Source: a virus (Duplodnaviria; Caudoviricetes). Taken from it: DNA of 40,541 bases. Each line of letters starts with the position of its first letter. Within the stretch, counting starts at the first letter, position 1. Shown piece after piece: positions 26,752 through 36,200 of the stretch. Under the pieces are notes generated by a model. It saw only the letters and a list, made by a program, of their open reading frames with translations. It had not been told where the DNA came from and ran no database searches. A program made the translations under genes and the position numbers. Location of the stretch: positions 1 through 40,541 of the IMG/VR virus record IMGVR_UViG_3300028588_000805. One strand, 5' to 3'.

Positions 26752-27977
26752 GTCAGGTCGGCGCTAGTGATTTGGCGAGGGCCGAAGCGCTCGGTAGTGG
26801 CTTCCGCCTCAAAGCCGGTGCCGGTGGCTTCGCTGGTGCGTATTGGCGGGGTGGCGGCTGGTGGGGCTGGGGCGCCATTGCCAGTAAATAGCTGCGGGGC
26901 CGGGGCGGCCGGCGAGGCCGCGTAGAGCTTGGCTACCTTCTCATCATCGAGCGGGCTCCACCGGTCATGGCCCCAGCGGTAACGGTTGGTGATGGGGTCC
27001 CAGTTGATAGGTACCATCGGCGGCACCCCGTCAGCCTTGTAGCCGATTTCCCCGCGTTTGGCTACGTCGCGCTCATCCTTGCACTTGAGGGCAAAGAAGG
27101 CAGCTTGTGTATTGCCCTCGATAAAGTCAAAGGGCCGGTGCATGGCCCCGACGTAGTGCGCCATATTCTCCCAGGTTTGCCCGCCCGAAATCATGCCGCC
27201 CGTGGGTACCGGCCGGCTTTTGCCGTAGCCCATTTCTTCGCTGGCCCGGCGCGGGTGGGCTGTGAGCACTAAGCTCTGGCCGGTATCCATGCTCCACTTG
27301 GTGCAGAGGCCGAGCGCGTGAATCAGGTAGGACTCGTCACCGCCTAGCTTTTGCTTGGCTGTGTGGTTGGCCTTATTCCAGGGGTCGAGCATGCAGTGCG
27401 CGATGCCCTCCTTATCCTGGGCCCCGCCATACTTGGCGATGGCCGTCTCGAAGTAGGCCAGCATGTCGGCGGGCGTGTAGGGCATCCCCGAGGGTGGGTC
27501 GAGCAGGATGATGCGGTCGCGCACATACTCCGCCGCTCGCTTGTATTCGGGCAGGCTCAGGAAGTTCTTTTGCGACTTATCCGTGGGGCGGCCGGTGAGC
27601 GTGTGGACCAGCCCTTGGTAAAACCGCTTGGCCGGCAGGTTCTCGCTGGGCCAGATGACCGACTTTTTGCCGGTGAACACGGCCCGCAGCAACAGCAGCT
27701 CGAAGAACAGCTGGCTCTTGCCGTGGCCCGGCCAGCCGGTTATCACGTTGGTGTAGCCGGGCATCCACTTGAAGTAGGGGTCTAGGTGCTTGTTGTGGGT
27801 GGTCTGGCCCTTTTCACGGCCGTTGTGGTACTCCTGCTGCATCTGCTCCCAGATAGCCTCGTTCAGGGTTACCAGCGCCTTTTCGGCGTCGGGGATGGTG
27901 GGCAGAATACCCCCCTGGCCCTTGCCGGCAGCGGTGGGGTCTACCTTTTTGCGGTTGAATTTATCACTTAGGGCCAT
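26748..27977 (-). CDS. SF4 replicative helicase (T7 gp4/Twinkle-like), no primase domain
   Basis: Walker A TGWPGHGKS, LDPWN, TAHP, ISGG. Confidence 0.85.
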   Translation of the reverse strand: MALSDKFNRKKVDPTAAGKGQGGILPTIPDAEKALVTLNEAIWEQMQQEYHNGREKGQTTHNKHLDPYFKWMPGYTNVITGWPGHGKSQLFFELLLLRAVFTGKKSVIWPSENLPAKRFYQGLVHTLTGRPTDKSQKNFLSLPEYKRAAEYVRDRIILLDPPSGMPYTPADMLAYFETAIAKYGGAQDKEGIAHCMLDPWNKANHTAKQKLGGDESYLIHALGLCTKWSMDTGQSLVLTAHPRRASEEMGYGKSRPVPTGGMISGGQTWENMAHYVGAMHRPFDFIEGNTQAAFFALKCKDERDVAKRGEIGYKADGVPPMVPINWDPITNRYRWGHDRWSPLDDEKVAKLYAASPAAPAPQLFTGNGAPAPPAATPPIRTSEATGTGFEAEATTERFGPRQITSADLT

Positions 27978-28563
27978 GCGTAGCGGGTGGATAAGTGGTG
28001 CTGGGTGTATTGAAAAACAATGATTTGCGTACTTCCAGTGGTAGGCGCTGACCGGTCATGAGCCGCGTGGACACGAAACGTTGCACCTGGGCCACGAGCG
28101 GCGAGGGCGTATAGCTGGCCGGGGGCACGATGATGGCGTACTGGGCGTAGAGGCTCGTTAGGCGTTCGTACTTCTGCTCAGCTTTGCGGTAGCCACGGAC
28201 GTAGCCGAGGCGATACACGGGGTCTTTCTCGCGGTAAGCCAGCAGGTCGGCCGGACTCATCTTGGCGAGAATGGCTTGCTCCAGGGTGGGCACGGGCTGC
28301 GGGGCGGGCCGCTCGGCGTGTTCCAGCGCGTGGCGGTAAGCCGACAGCAGGCGCTCGGCAGCTTGGTCGTAGCGGCCCACGGCGGAGATGAACTCGGTGA
28401 GCTGGTAAAGGTGCCGGCGGTCGGCATCGCTCAGGCTAGGCGCGGCCTCTTGCTGGTCGCAGTACTCGGCGAGCGGGCCGAGGCAGCATTCCAACTCAGC
28501 AGCCAGCTCGGTCAGTTCTACCTCGTCGGGGAAATAACTAGGGGTTTCGATGGTGGGGTGCAT
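27964..28563 (-). CDS. Hypothetical protein between initiator and helicase
   Basis: Helical ORF, GYVRGY motif. Confidence 0.55.
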   Translation of the reverse strand: MHPTIETPSYFPDEVELTELAAELECCLGPLAEYCDQQEAAPSLSDADRRHLYQLTEFISAVGRYDQAAERLLSAYRHALEHAERPAPQPVPTLEQAILAKMSPADLLAYREKDPVYRLGYVRGYRKAEQKYERLTSLYAQYAIIVPPASYTPSPLVAQVQRFVSTRLMTGQRLPLEVRKSLFFNTPSTTYPPATHGPK

Positions 28564-28575
28564 GAGGGGAGGGCA

Positions 28576-29361
28576 TTAGGCAGCCACGGCGTATTTGGCG
28601 AAGTGAGCATCTTGCTCGGCATCGGCGCGGGCTTGCTGCTCGGCCAGAAAGTCTTCGTTGAGTTCGGGAACCGGCAACAGAGCCGGGGCGGGTACTGGCA
28701 CGGGCTGTTGGCCAGAGCGGGCAGTGGGTAGTTCCTCATCCTGCCAGCACTTGCCGTTGAGGTAAGTCAGCGGGTTTTTGCGGAATTGCTTGTCGGGGGT
28801 AGCAGCGACGTATCCCGGAATGTGAGCCAGGGCAGCTTGACGTTCGGCAGCGGTCAGCGTGTTCCAGCGCTGTTCGCACTTATGCCTGTCCTCCTTCTTG
28901 CCGTAAGCCTGCCAGAAGTCAGAAAATGCTGCCTCCCCGGCGGCAGCCGGTGGTTTAGTTTTCCTTTTAGTTTTCTCCTTATATATACAGCCTTCACTTT
29001 CCCTATCACTTATACCTTTACTTATACCCGCATTTGTACTTGCGCTTTTACTTGTCTCAGGCAAGGGTATTTGCGAAGCATCGGGGTCTAGGAGGCGATA
29101 CACCGTAGGGTTGCGCTTGTGGCCTGACGTGAATTCTAATAGCCCTGCCTGCTTGAGTCTGTTGCGAGCACGAACCAGCGTGGATTCTACCATCGGGTGG
29201 AGGGTCGCGCAGAGAAGATGGTTTGGGTATTGAAATTCGGTAGGCCAGCCTCGGTCATTGCACAAAGCCACTAGTTCATAGAACAAGTCGGCTTCTTGGG
29301 AAGAGAACGAGAAGCTGGGGCGCAGCTTGCGGAAATGGTTGGCGAGGGTGTAGCCGTTCAT
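28576..29361 (-). CDS. Phage replication initiator (N-terminal wHTH)
   Basis: RARNRLKQAGLL wHTH; C-terminal FSDFWQAYGKK...KNPLTYLN..W.DE. Confidence 0.85.
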   Translation of the reverse strand: MNGYTLANHFRKLRPSFSFSSQEADLFYELVALCNDRGWPTEFQYPNHLLCATLHPMVESTLVRARNRLKQAGLLEFTSGHKRNPTVYRLLDPDASQIPLPETSKSASTNAGISKGISDRESEGCIYKEKTKRKTKPPAAAGEAAFSDFWQAYGKKEDRHKCEQRWNTLTAAERQAALAHIPGYVAATPDKQFRKNPLTYLNGKCWQDEELPTARSGQQPVPVPAPALLPVPELNEDFLAEQQARADAEQDAHFAKYAVAA

Positions 29362-29376
29362 GGGACAGGAGCCCGC

Positions 29377-30069
29377 CTAGCAGGCTAGGCGTAAAGGCTC
29401 GCGGAATAAGTCCCCACTGTCTACCCGCAGCAGGGCGGCGTACACATCGGCCGCGGGGGCCAGGTGCGCGTTGCGGGTGCCCCACTCGCGCAGGCTGGTC
29501 AGGCCCCGGCGCAGGCGGGCTTTGAACTGGCTCTCGGCAATCCCGAGCTTGGCGGCGGCCGTGGCTTCGGGCAACCCCTGGTAGTAGTACATGAGCACGC
29601 AGGCGCGGGCGCTGGCGTCGAGGCCCAGCACGGCGTGCGTCACGGCTTCCACCACGGCCCCGGCTTGCTGCTCGTCTTCCTGGCTCACGGGCAGCAGCTC
29701 GGCCGGGGTGGCCAGCGTCGTTGACAGCAGTAGGAAAGGGTCTTCGTCCCGGCTCGGCTGGCTGGGCTTGTTCTTCTTATTGTGGTAGCTATTGGTAAAG
29801 CGATACCAGCAAATGGCGGTGGCCCAAGATGCTACGGTGCCGGTAGGGGCATACTTATGGGCGCGTAGGTCGGTCAGTATAGCTAGTAGCGCTTCCTGCA
29901 CGAGGTCTTCCGCTCGTTGGGCGTCGCTTATTCCTTTGCTTTTGAGGAAGTCTACTAAGCGCGGCCGCAACTCGGCCAGTACTGGCCCGAGTAGGCCCTC
30001 ATTCCCGCTTTCGTAGTAGGTGCGCACCGCCTCCTGGTGGCGCGCATCCTGTTGTTGGCGCGTCGTCAT
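29377..30069 (-). CDS. ECF-type sigma-70 factor
   Basis: Region 2 AEDLVQEA..W; region 4 YYQGL..AAAKLGI..FKARLRRG; TAATG coupling to the upstream gene. Confidence 0.85.
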   Translation of the reverse strand: MTTRQQQDARHQEAVRTYYESGNEGLLGPVLAELRPRLVDFLKSKGISDAQRAEDLVQEALLAILTDLRAHKYAPTGTVASWATAICWYRFTNSYHNKKNKPSQPSRDEDPFLLLSTTLATPAELLPVSQEDEQQAGAVVEAVTHAVLGLDASARACVLMYYYQGLPEATAAAKLGIAESQFKARLRRGLTSLREWGTRNAHLAPAADVYAALLRVDSGDLFREPLRLAC

Positions 30070-30908
30070 TAGGCGAAGCGTACCCGGTTCACCTCGGAGG
30101 TCCGGTAGTTGTAGATTTCCTCGAACATGGCCAGAAACTGCTTGTGGCTGGCGCACGGTACCAGGGCGCGGGGGTTCGCCAGGATTTTGCGCATGAACTC
30201 TTTGGTATCGAAGCCTTCGACGTTGGCCACGCAGTGGTACACGGCGGCCACGAAGCCCGTGTGGTTGGGCTGCTTGAAGGTGGGCACTTCGGCGGCGATG
30301 CGCTCGACCAGTAGCGCCGCCTGCTCGCCCTTGTAGGCTTCTTCGCTGGCTTTCCAGCCGCCGGCGCGGAACTCCTGCGCCCGGTTGTTGGTCGAGCCGC
30401 CCAGCATCATCTTGGCGTTGCTAAAGCTCAGGGTGGGGTGGCGCTCCCAGAACCTGGTCAGGGCCACGTAGTCGGTGCGGCCCTTCACCGCCCAGTAGTG
30501 CAGGTAGTCGGGGCCTTGCCAGTTCTTCTGGGCCACGTTGAGCGTGGTGATGTCGGCCTCGCTCAGCTGCTGGCCAATCTTGTAGTACACGGGCAGGCCC
30601 AGCTCGCGGGCGGCGGCCAGCCGGTGCTGCCCGTCGATGATGCCCATGTCGGCCGTTACGTCGAGCGGCTTGACGTGGAGCAGGTTGCTCTGGGTTATCT
30701 GCGCCACCAGCTTGCGGACGTGCTTCATGTCCACCACCCGGTTCTCGGGCAGCAGGTGAAACAGGTCGTAGTTGGTGGTCTGGTACACCGTGCCGTCGAG
30801 GGCCACGGGGGCCGCGACGAGTTCCGGGGTAGTGGTGAAGTGGTCTACTTGCTGGGCCAGGGCAGCCAGCGAAGTAGCGGCTGGCGAGTCGATTAGGGCG
30901 GTATTCAT
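30069..30908 (-). CDS. ParB/Srx N-terminal domain protein
   Basis: ENR, IIDGQHRL motifs. Confidence 0.8.
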   Translation of the reverse strand: MNTALIDSPAATSLAALAQQVDHFTTTPELVAAPVALDGTVYQTTNYDLFHLLPENRVVDMKHVRKLVAQITQSNLLHVKPLDVTADMGIIDGQHRLAAARELGLPVYYKIGQQLSEADITTLNVAQKNWQGPDYLHYWAVKGRTDYVALTRFWERHPTLSFSNAKMMLGGSTNNRAQEFRAGGWKASEEAYKGEQAALLVERIAAEVPTFKQPNHTGFVAAVYHCVANVEGFDTKEFMRKILANPRALVPCASHKQFLAMFEEIYNYRTSEVNRVRFA

Positions 30909-30951
30909 GACTAAATGAAGATTAGATGAAGAAGAAATGAATGGCAGTAGC

Positions 30952-31038
30952 TACCTTTGCGCCCGCAGGCGCTGGTTGTGTGGTAGCGTTTGTTTGGATT
31001 GGAAGCCGGTCGGGATGACAGCCCCTGACCGGCTTTTT
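30952..31038 (+). ncRNA. Candidate ~70-nt antisense sRNA (promoter plus terminator)
   Basis: Consensus TACCTTTG at 30952-30959; hairpin GCCGGTC...GACCGGC-TTTTT at 31005-31038. Confidence 0.45.
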
Positions 31039-31043
31039 GCGCT

Positions 31044-31376
31044 TTAGTGGCGGTAGCTGTGCCGGGTCAGGTAGGCATCCACGGCCGACTTGCGGACCCG
31101 CGCCCCTTTGGCAAAGCCAGTTTCGCCCCGCTCGATTTTGGGGGCGATGGCCTCCCGTTCGGGCTGGCCCTTGGCAGCGGCCCGGTAGGGGCGGCCCAGC
31201 ACCAGCAGGCGCATGTGGCTCTCGGTGAGCTTGGCGTAGGCCGCTGCCTCGGGGATGGTCAGCCACGCATCGGGGGCGGGCAGGGTTTGGAGGTAGGCGG
31301 CTACCCCTTGCTCGACCAGGGGGCCGACCAGCGCGGCAATGAAGTCCGTGGGCAGGGTGATGGGGAAGCCGTCCAT
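31044..31376 (-). CDS. Excisionase-like HTH protein
   Basis: WLTIPEAAAYAKLT and RVRKSAVDAYL (HTH_17-like). Confidence 0.7.
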   Translation of the reverse strand: MDGFPITLPTDFIAALVGPLVEQGVAAYLQTLPAPDAWLTIPEAAAYAKLTESHMRLLVLGRPYRAAAKGQPEREAIAPKIERGETGFAKGARVRKSAVDAYLTRHSYRH

Positions 31377-31405
31377 AACGCAGAAAAAAGGGGAGAAAAG
31401 ACAGG

Positions 31406-31825
31406 TTAGGCAGCCAGGCGGCCCTGCTGGCGCTCGGGGTACATGGCAATCACGAGGCCCTCGCGGCGGCGCTCCAGGGCCAACTCGTGGGCGTGGTCGG
31501 TGAGGTCGATTTCCGAGAAGTAGAGCTGGATGCCCCCCAGCCAGCGCTCACGCTGGTTGGGCTCGGGGAAGCGGGCGGCTTCGCGGCCGGCGTAGGTGGT
31601 GGCGAATTCGGGGCAGAGCGGCACGTAGGCCCGCAACGCGTAAGGCTGGCCCTGGGCATCGACGCAGAGGCAGTAGCCCAGTACCGGCAGCACCGTGCCC
31701 TTGGGGCGGCCCGCTACCGGGGCCTTGAAGTGGAGCAAATCGCCGGGCAGCAGGCCCTCGGTGAGCGGTATTGGCTTCTCGCCCTTGAGGGCGGAGGGCA
31801 GCGGGGGCAGCAGGGGTTTTTCCAT
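31406..31825 (-). CDS. Hypothetical protein
   Basis: Early-operon ORF. Confidence 0.55.
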   Translation of the reverse strand: MEKPLLPPLPSALKGEKPIPLTEGLLPGDLLHFKAPVAGRPKGTVLPVLGYCLCVDAQGQPYALRAYVPLCPEFATTYAGREAARFPEPNQRERWLGGIQLYFSEIDLTDHAHELALERRREGLVIAMYPERQQGRLAA

Positions 31826-31885
31826 AGCTGGAAGCGTGAAAGAGTGGTGTTCAGGTGTGAGAGGAAAGACAGAGTAGGGGAGTGA

Positions 31886-32134
31886 CTAGGCGGCCTGCGC
31901 CACGGCGGGCACCTTGTCGGGGTTGGCGGCGGCCCAGGTGGCAAAGCCTGCGGGGTTGGTTTCCTGGGCCAGGGCCAGCACGGCGGGCCAGTACTTGCTG
32001 GCGGTGTGCTCCAGGCGCACGATTTGCGAGAGGTTCGACACGTTCTTGCTGCCCGTGCGCTTGGCCAGTTCGACCGTGTAGTTGTCGGGCATCAGGTCGC
32101 GGATGCTAGTGGGTGGTTTTTGAGGGTTTTTCAT
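31886..32134 (-). CDS. Cro-like regulator
   Basis: Small protein divergent from CI; ELAKRTG..VSNLSQIV HTH-like. Confidence 0.65.
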   Translation of the reverse strand: MKNPQKPPTSIRDLMPDNYTVELAKRTGSKNVSNLSQIVRLEHTASKYWPAVLALAQETNPAGFATWAAANPDKVPAVAQAA

Positions 32135-32158
32135 GGGGTTGGAGTTTTAAGCTTCTGT

Positions 32159-32254
32159 GTCCAGATAACTGTACAGATTTGTACAGTTTTAATCATTTGC
32201 GTACAGAACTAGCGCCGTACCTTTCGAGGGTTAGTGTTAGTGTTGGCAAAGGTA
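32159..32254. promoter_or_regulatory. Lysis-lysogeny switch: operators and promoters
   Basis: Inverted repeat AACTGTACA-GATT-TGTACAGTT (32167-32188); GTACAG at 32171, 32181 and 32201; minus-strand TACCTTTG at 32247-32254; plus-strand TACCTTTC at 32218-32225. Confidence 0.65.
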
Positions 32255-32286
32255 TTGAACTATACTTCATATATCAAGAAGGGTTC

Positions 32287-33207
32287 ATGCTTAAAATGAA
32301 CTTTAGTTTGAATAAAACTCATAATCCATTGACTATCAGCGAAAGATTTTTGCTGATTAGAAAGGAATTTTCCCTAACTGCTGGTCGATTAGGCGAGATA
32401 GCTGGGGTTACTGGGACGGCTATTGCTAAAATTGAAAGTGGTGAGACAGTCAATCCGAAGGCTGACATACTGTCCCGAATCTCAACTAAACTTCAGATAA
32501 ACCTTAATTGGCTTCTGCTTGGCGAAGGAGATATGCTGAAGCTAGGCATATCGTCAAAAACTTCTGATATACATTACCAACCTACGGAAGGAGATACCGT
32601 ACCCCGAGATGGGAGTGGGGTGATACTCTTCATAGAGGAGCCAGAGACGCACCTACATCCTGCCACCCAGAAAGCACTTCTGAAGAAACACGATGTTACC
32701 CAGCCATATCCTGCCGACCAAAACAATGCCCACGCCGTGGGCCTGCTATCGGACATCCCAATAATTGAGTTGCGTCGCGTCAGCTTCAAAGCCCGCGCTA
32801 GCTTTAATTACGCCCAACTCCAGCGCTATAAAGACAGCGACATCTTCGACACGGTACTATTTCGACTACCACCCGGCCGCACGGCCGAGGACTACGCCGA
32901 CGCGCTAGTATTCGACATTGAGGGCGACAGCATGGAACCCAGCCTGCGCGACGGTCAGCAGGTAATCGCATGGCCCGTATCAGACGGTAAATGGGAATAC
33001 CTGCACAACACCATCTGCGTCGTAGACTACGACGAAACAGTAACGGTAAAGGCCATCTTCAAAAATGAGTTATTCGACCGTGACGGGCTGACGCTACACG
33101 CCACCGGTGGGGCTGGCGGCTCGTTCACCGTGGCCCGTAAGGATATTCACTCTATCTGGGAAGTGCGAGAGTTCTACGGGGTAGTACCAGTGCGTTTACT
33201 TCCGTAG
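32287..33207 (+). CDS. CI-like repressor (XRE HTH + S24 peptidase)
   Basis: HTH ending NLNWLLLGEGDM; EGDSMEP (Ser) and VTVK (Lys); start uncertain (32287, 32296 or 32329). Confidence 0.9.
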   Translation: MLKMNFSLNKTHNPLTISERFLLIRKEFSLTAGRLGEIAGVTGTAIAKIESGETVNPKADILSRISTKLQINLNWLLLGEGDMLKLGISSKTSDIHYQPTEGDTVPRDGSGVILFIEEPETHLHPATQKALLKKHDVTQPYPADQNNAHAVGLLSDIPIIELRRVSFKARASFNYAQLQRYKDSDIFDTVLFRLPPGRTAEDYADALVFDIEGDSMEPSLRDGQQVIAWPVSDGKWEYLHNTICVVDYDETVTVKAIFKNELFDRDGLTLHATGGAGGSFTVARKDIHSIWEVREFYGVVPVRLLP

Positions 33208-33283
33208 GGTATAACAGAATTTTAGTATAACTGAATAGCTGCGGGTATTCTACAATTCCATCGTTCTACACTTTTTGAAAGCT

Positions 33284-36200
33284 ATGTCAACTCTACCTCC
33301 TTCACTCGTAGACCAACTCAAAAAAGGTCAAATAGTACTCTTTCTAGGTGCTGGTGCATCCATTGGGGCAATACATCCTGATGGTCAACAACCACCAATA
33401 GGTAGTAAGTTAGGCGAGTTATTGGATAACCATTTTTTAGGGGGGGCTTTTAAGGGATATCCCCTTGATAAGATTGCTGAACTAGCTATTTCTGAAACAG
33501 ATTTATTTACAGTACAAGAGTTTGTCAAAAACTTACTTGATGATTTTACTCCCAATACATTCCATAAACTAATCCCTACATTGCCATGGAAAGCCATTGC
33601 AACTACTAATTATGACTTGATAGTTGAGAGGGCTTATAATGAGGTTGATGATAGAATACAGCAAGCAGTAGTATTCAAAAAGGATGGCGAAAGAGTAGAA
33701 GCTAAATTAACTCTGCCAAATCATATACCTTATATAAAGCTGCACGGATGTATTACAGAAATTCATAATTTAGATGTTCCATTAATTCTTACTCCTGAAC
33801 AATATATCTCTCATAAGGAGAGTAGGAAACGTCTGTTCTCAAGATTGTTAGATTTAGCTCACGAGCATTCCTTTGTTTTTGCTGGATACACTTTAGCAGA
33901 CCCAAATATAAGAGCTATAATACAAGAGGTTGAGTCTTTGAAAACGGCTAAGCCGCGCTCATACTTGGTAACCCCATCTATGACAGAAATTGAGCAACGT
34001 ATGTGGTCTTCTAAAAAAATAACACCTATATTGTTAAACTTTGAGCAATTTTTAACGCAGGTTGATAAAGAGAATAATTCTATTTTAAGGAAACTGGTAG
34101 CAGATACTCAAGCCACTGAGCATCCTGTTCAAAGAAAATTTAACTCTCATGCATCCAAAGTGCCCAGCGAAGCACTCTGGATTCTTTTAAGTGTTCAAGT
34201 AGAGTTTCTTCACAGCGGTTTGAAGATAGAGAAGTCTGACCCAAAAGCTTTCTATAAGGGATATTTTGTTGATTGGTCACCTATTGAGTCAAATTTAGAC
34301 GTAACTCGAAAAGTATTACAAGAAATTATGCTTGAGGTCTTTCTGGAAGACGAAAGAAACAGAGTAAGACAGCAAGAGTTAGTCGTTATAAAGGGATACG
34401 CTGGAAGTGGAAAATCAGTTTTGCTGAAGCGTGTAGCATGGGAAGCTGCGATTACTCTTGATAAATTTTGTTTATTCTATCTTGAGCGAAATAGAATGGA
34501 TAATGAAGCTCTTTTAGAACTAAGTATACTAGTTAAAGAGCGGATATTCCTATTTATTGATAACGCTGCAGAGCATGTGGTGGAATTAAATCGAATACTG
34601 GCATTTGCATACGATAATAAAATACCCCTCACTATTATTACTGCGGAGCGTGCTAATGAATGGAACGAAACTTGTCAATACTTAGACCCCTTTGTGACGA
34701 CAAGTTACGAATTGACGTATCTTAATAGATTAGAAATTAAAGGTTTAATTTCTCTTTTAGAGAAGCATCGTTCACTTGGACACTTAGAAGGATTGAGTGA
34801 GGAAGATAGAATACATCAATTTGAAATAAGAGCGGAACGCCAGTTACTCGTCGCGTTACATGAAGTCACGCATGGAAAGCCACTAGTAGATATTGTGGTA
34901 GATGAATATAATTCAATACAAAATCAGAAGGCCAAACTTCTTTATATAACGGTAGCGATATTACACCGTGTGGGAGTAAAAACGCGTGCTGGAGTAATTT
35001 CAAGGATTCATAACATATCTTTTTCTGATTTTAAGAATGAACTATATGCACCTCTGCAATACATAGTCTTTGATACAAAAGATAGGATTACTAATGATAT
35101 TTACTATCATACTAGGCACTCTCATATAGCTGATGTTTTATTTGAGCAAGTATTGTCGAAACCTGATAGTAGATTTCATTACTACAGTCAAATACTTAGC
35201 GTTTTAAATATTGATTATGAGTCCGACAGAGAAGCATTCACTGGTATGACTAAGGCCAGGGAGCTTATGAAAGTATTTAGTGGCCAACCTTACATTCTTG
35301 ATATCTATGAAATAGCCAGTGTAAACGTGGGAGAAAATCCTAATTTAATGCACCAGAAAGCTATTTTTGAAATGAATCGCTTTGGAGGAGATTTTATATT
35401 AGCGGAGGAGATGTTACAAGAGGCTAAAGCGTTAGCGCCTTGGAATAAAGGTATAGCTCACTCACTAGCTGAGTTGCAATTGAAACGAGCTGGTCGTTCT
35501 GATAATGAATATGAGAAGGAAAAATTTAGGCGCAGTAGCTTAAATATTGCTCGTAAATTAATAAGCAGCGACGAAAAAACTCCACACGCATACCATACTC
35601 TACTCAAAATTGGATTGCAAACTCTTGAAGAGGTGCTGCCTAAAATGGACACATTATTAACTCAAAATACAATTAAGGATTTTGAGCAAAATATGACGGA
35701 AGCTTTAAGGGAGTTTCCAAATGAAAGCTTTATTTTAGAGGCTGAGTCTCAATATAAGACTCTGGTTGAAAAACATCCTGAGGCACTTGAAGCACTTGAA
35801 AAAGCTTTTGCAAATAATAAGAAGGCACGTTTTATTGCTATGCGTCTAGCAAATACATACTCAAGTTTAGGGCGTGTTGATGCTGCAATTTCCGTTTTAA
35901 AAGAATGTGTTAAGCATAATCCTACTGATAAAGATATTAATTATAGACTAGCAAGGCTGCTTCTGCATACTTCAGGCTCACCTGCTGAAGTTAAACATTT
36001 TCTGCGTGCCTCTTTTGTTAAAGGTGGGAGTGGATATGAGGCTCAGTTTTGGTTTGCACGCATTCTGTATATAGAGGATAACTTTAAAGAAGCTAATCAA
36101 ATATTCGATGATTTGGATAATGCTTCAACTGATTCTAAGTGGAAGCATGAGATGAGAGGTGTTATTTTGAGTAATAATAGACCCGCAGAATTTAGAGGTA

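Noticed and set aside
30922-31449. 175-aa minus-strand ORF
   Set aside because: Overlaps the better-supported HTH gene and runs through a terminator hairpin
690-31885. Many long plus-strand or alternate-frame ORFs (e.g. 6521-7504, 7580-8446, 12261-13202)
   Set aside because: Antisense shadows of GC-rich genes with no recognisable motifs
32113-32286. N-terminal extension of CI in the ORF track
   Set aside because: Spans the operator/promoter region and overlaps cro; the real start is likely 32287 or later
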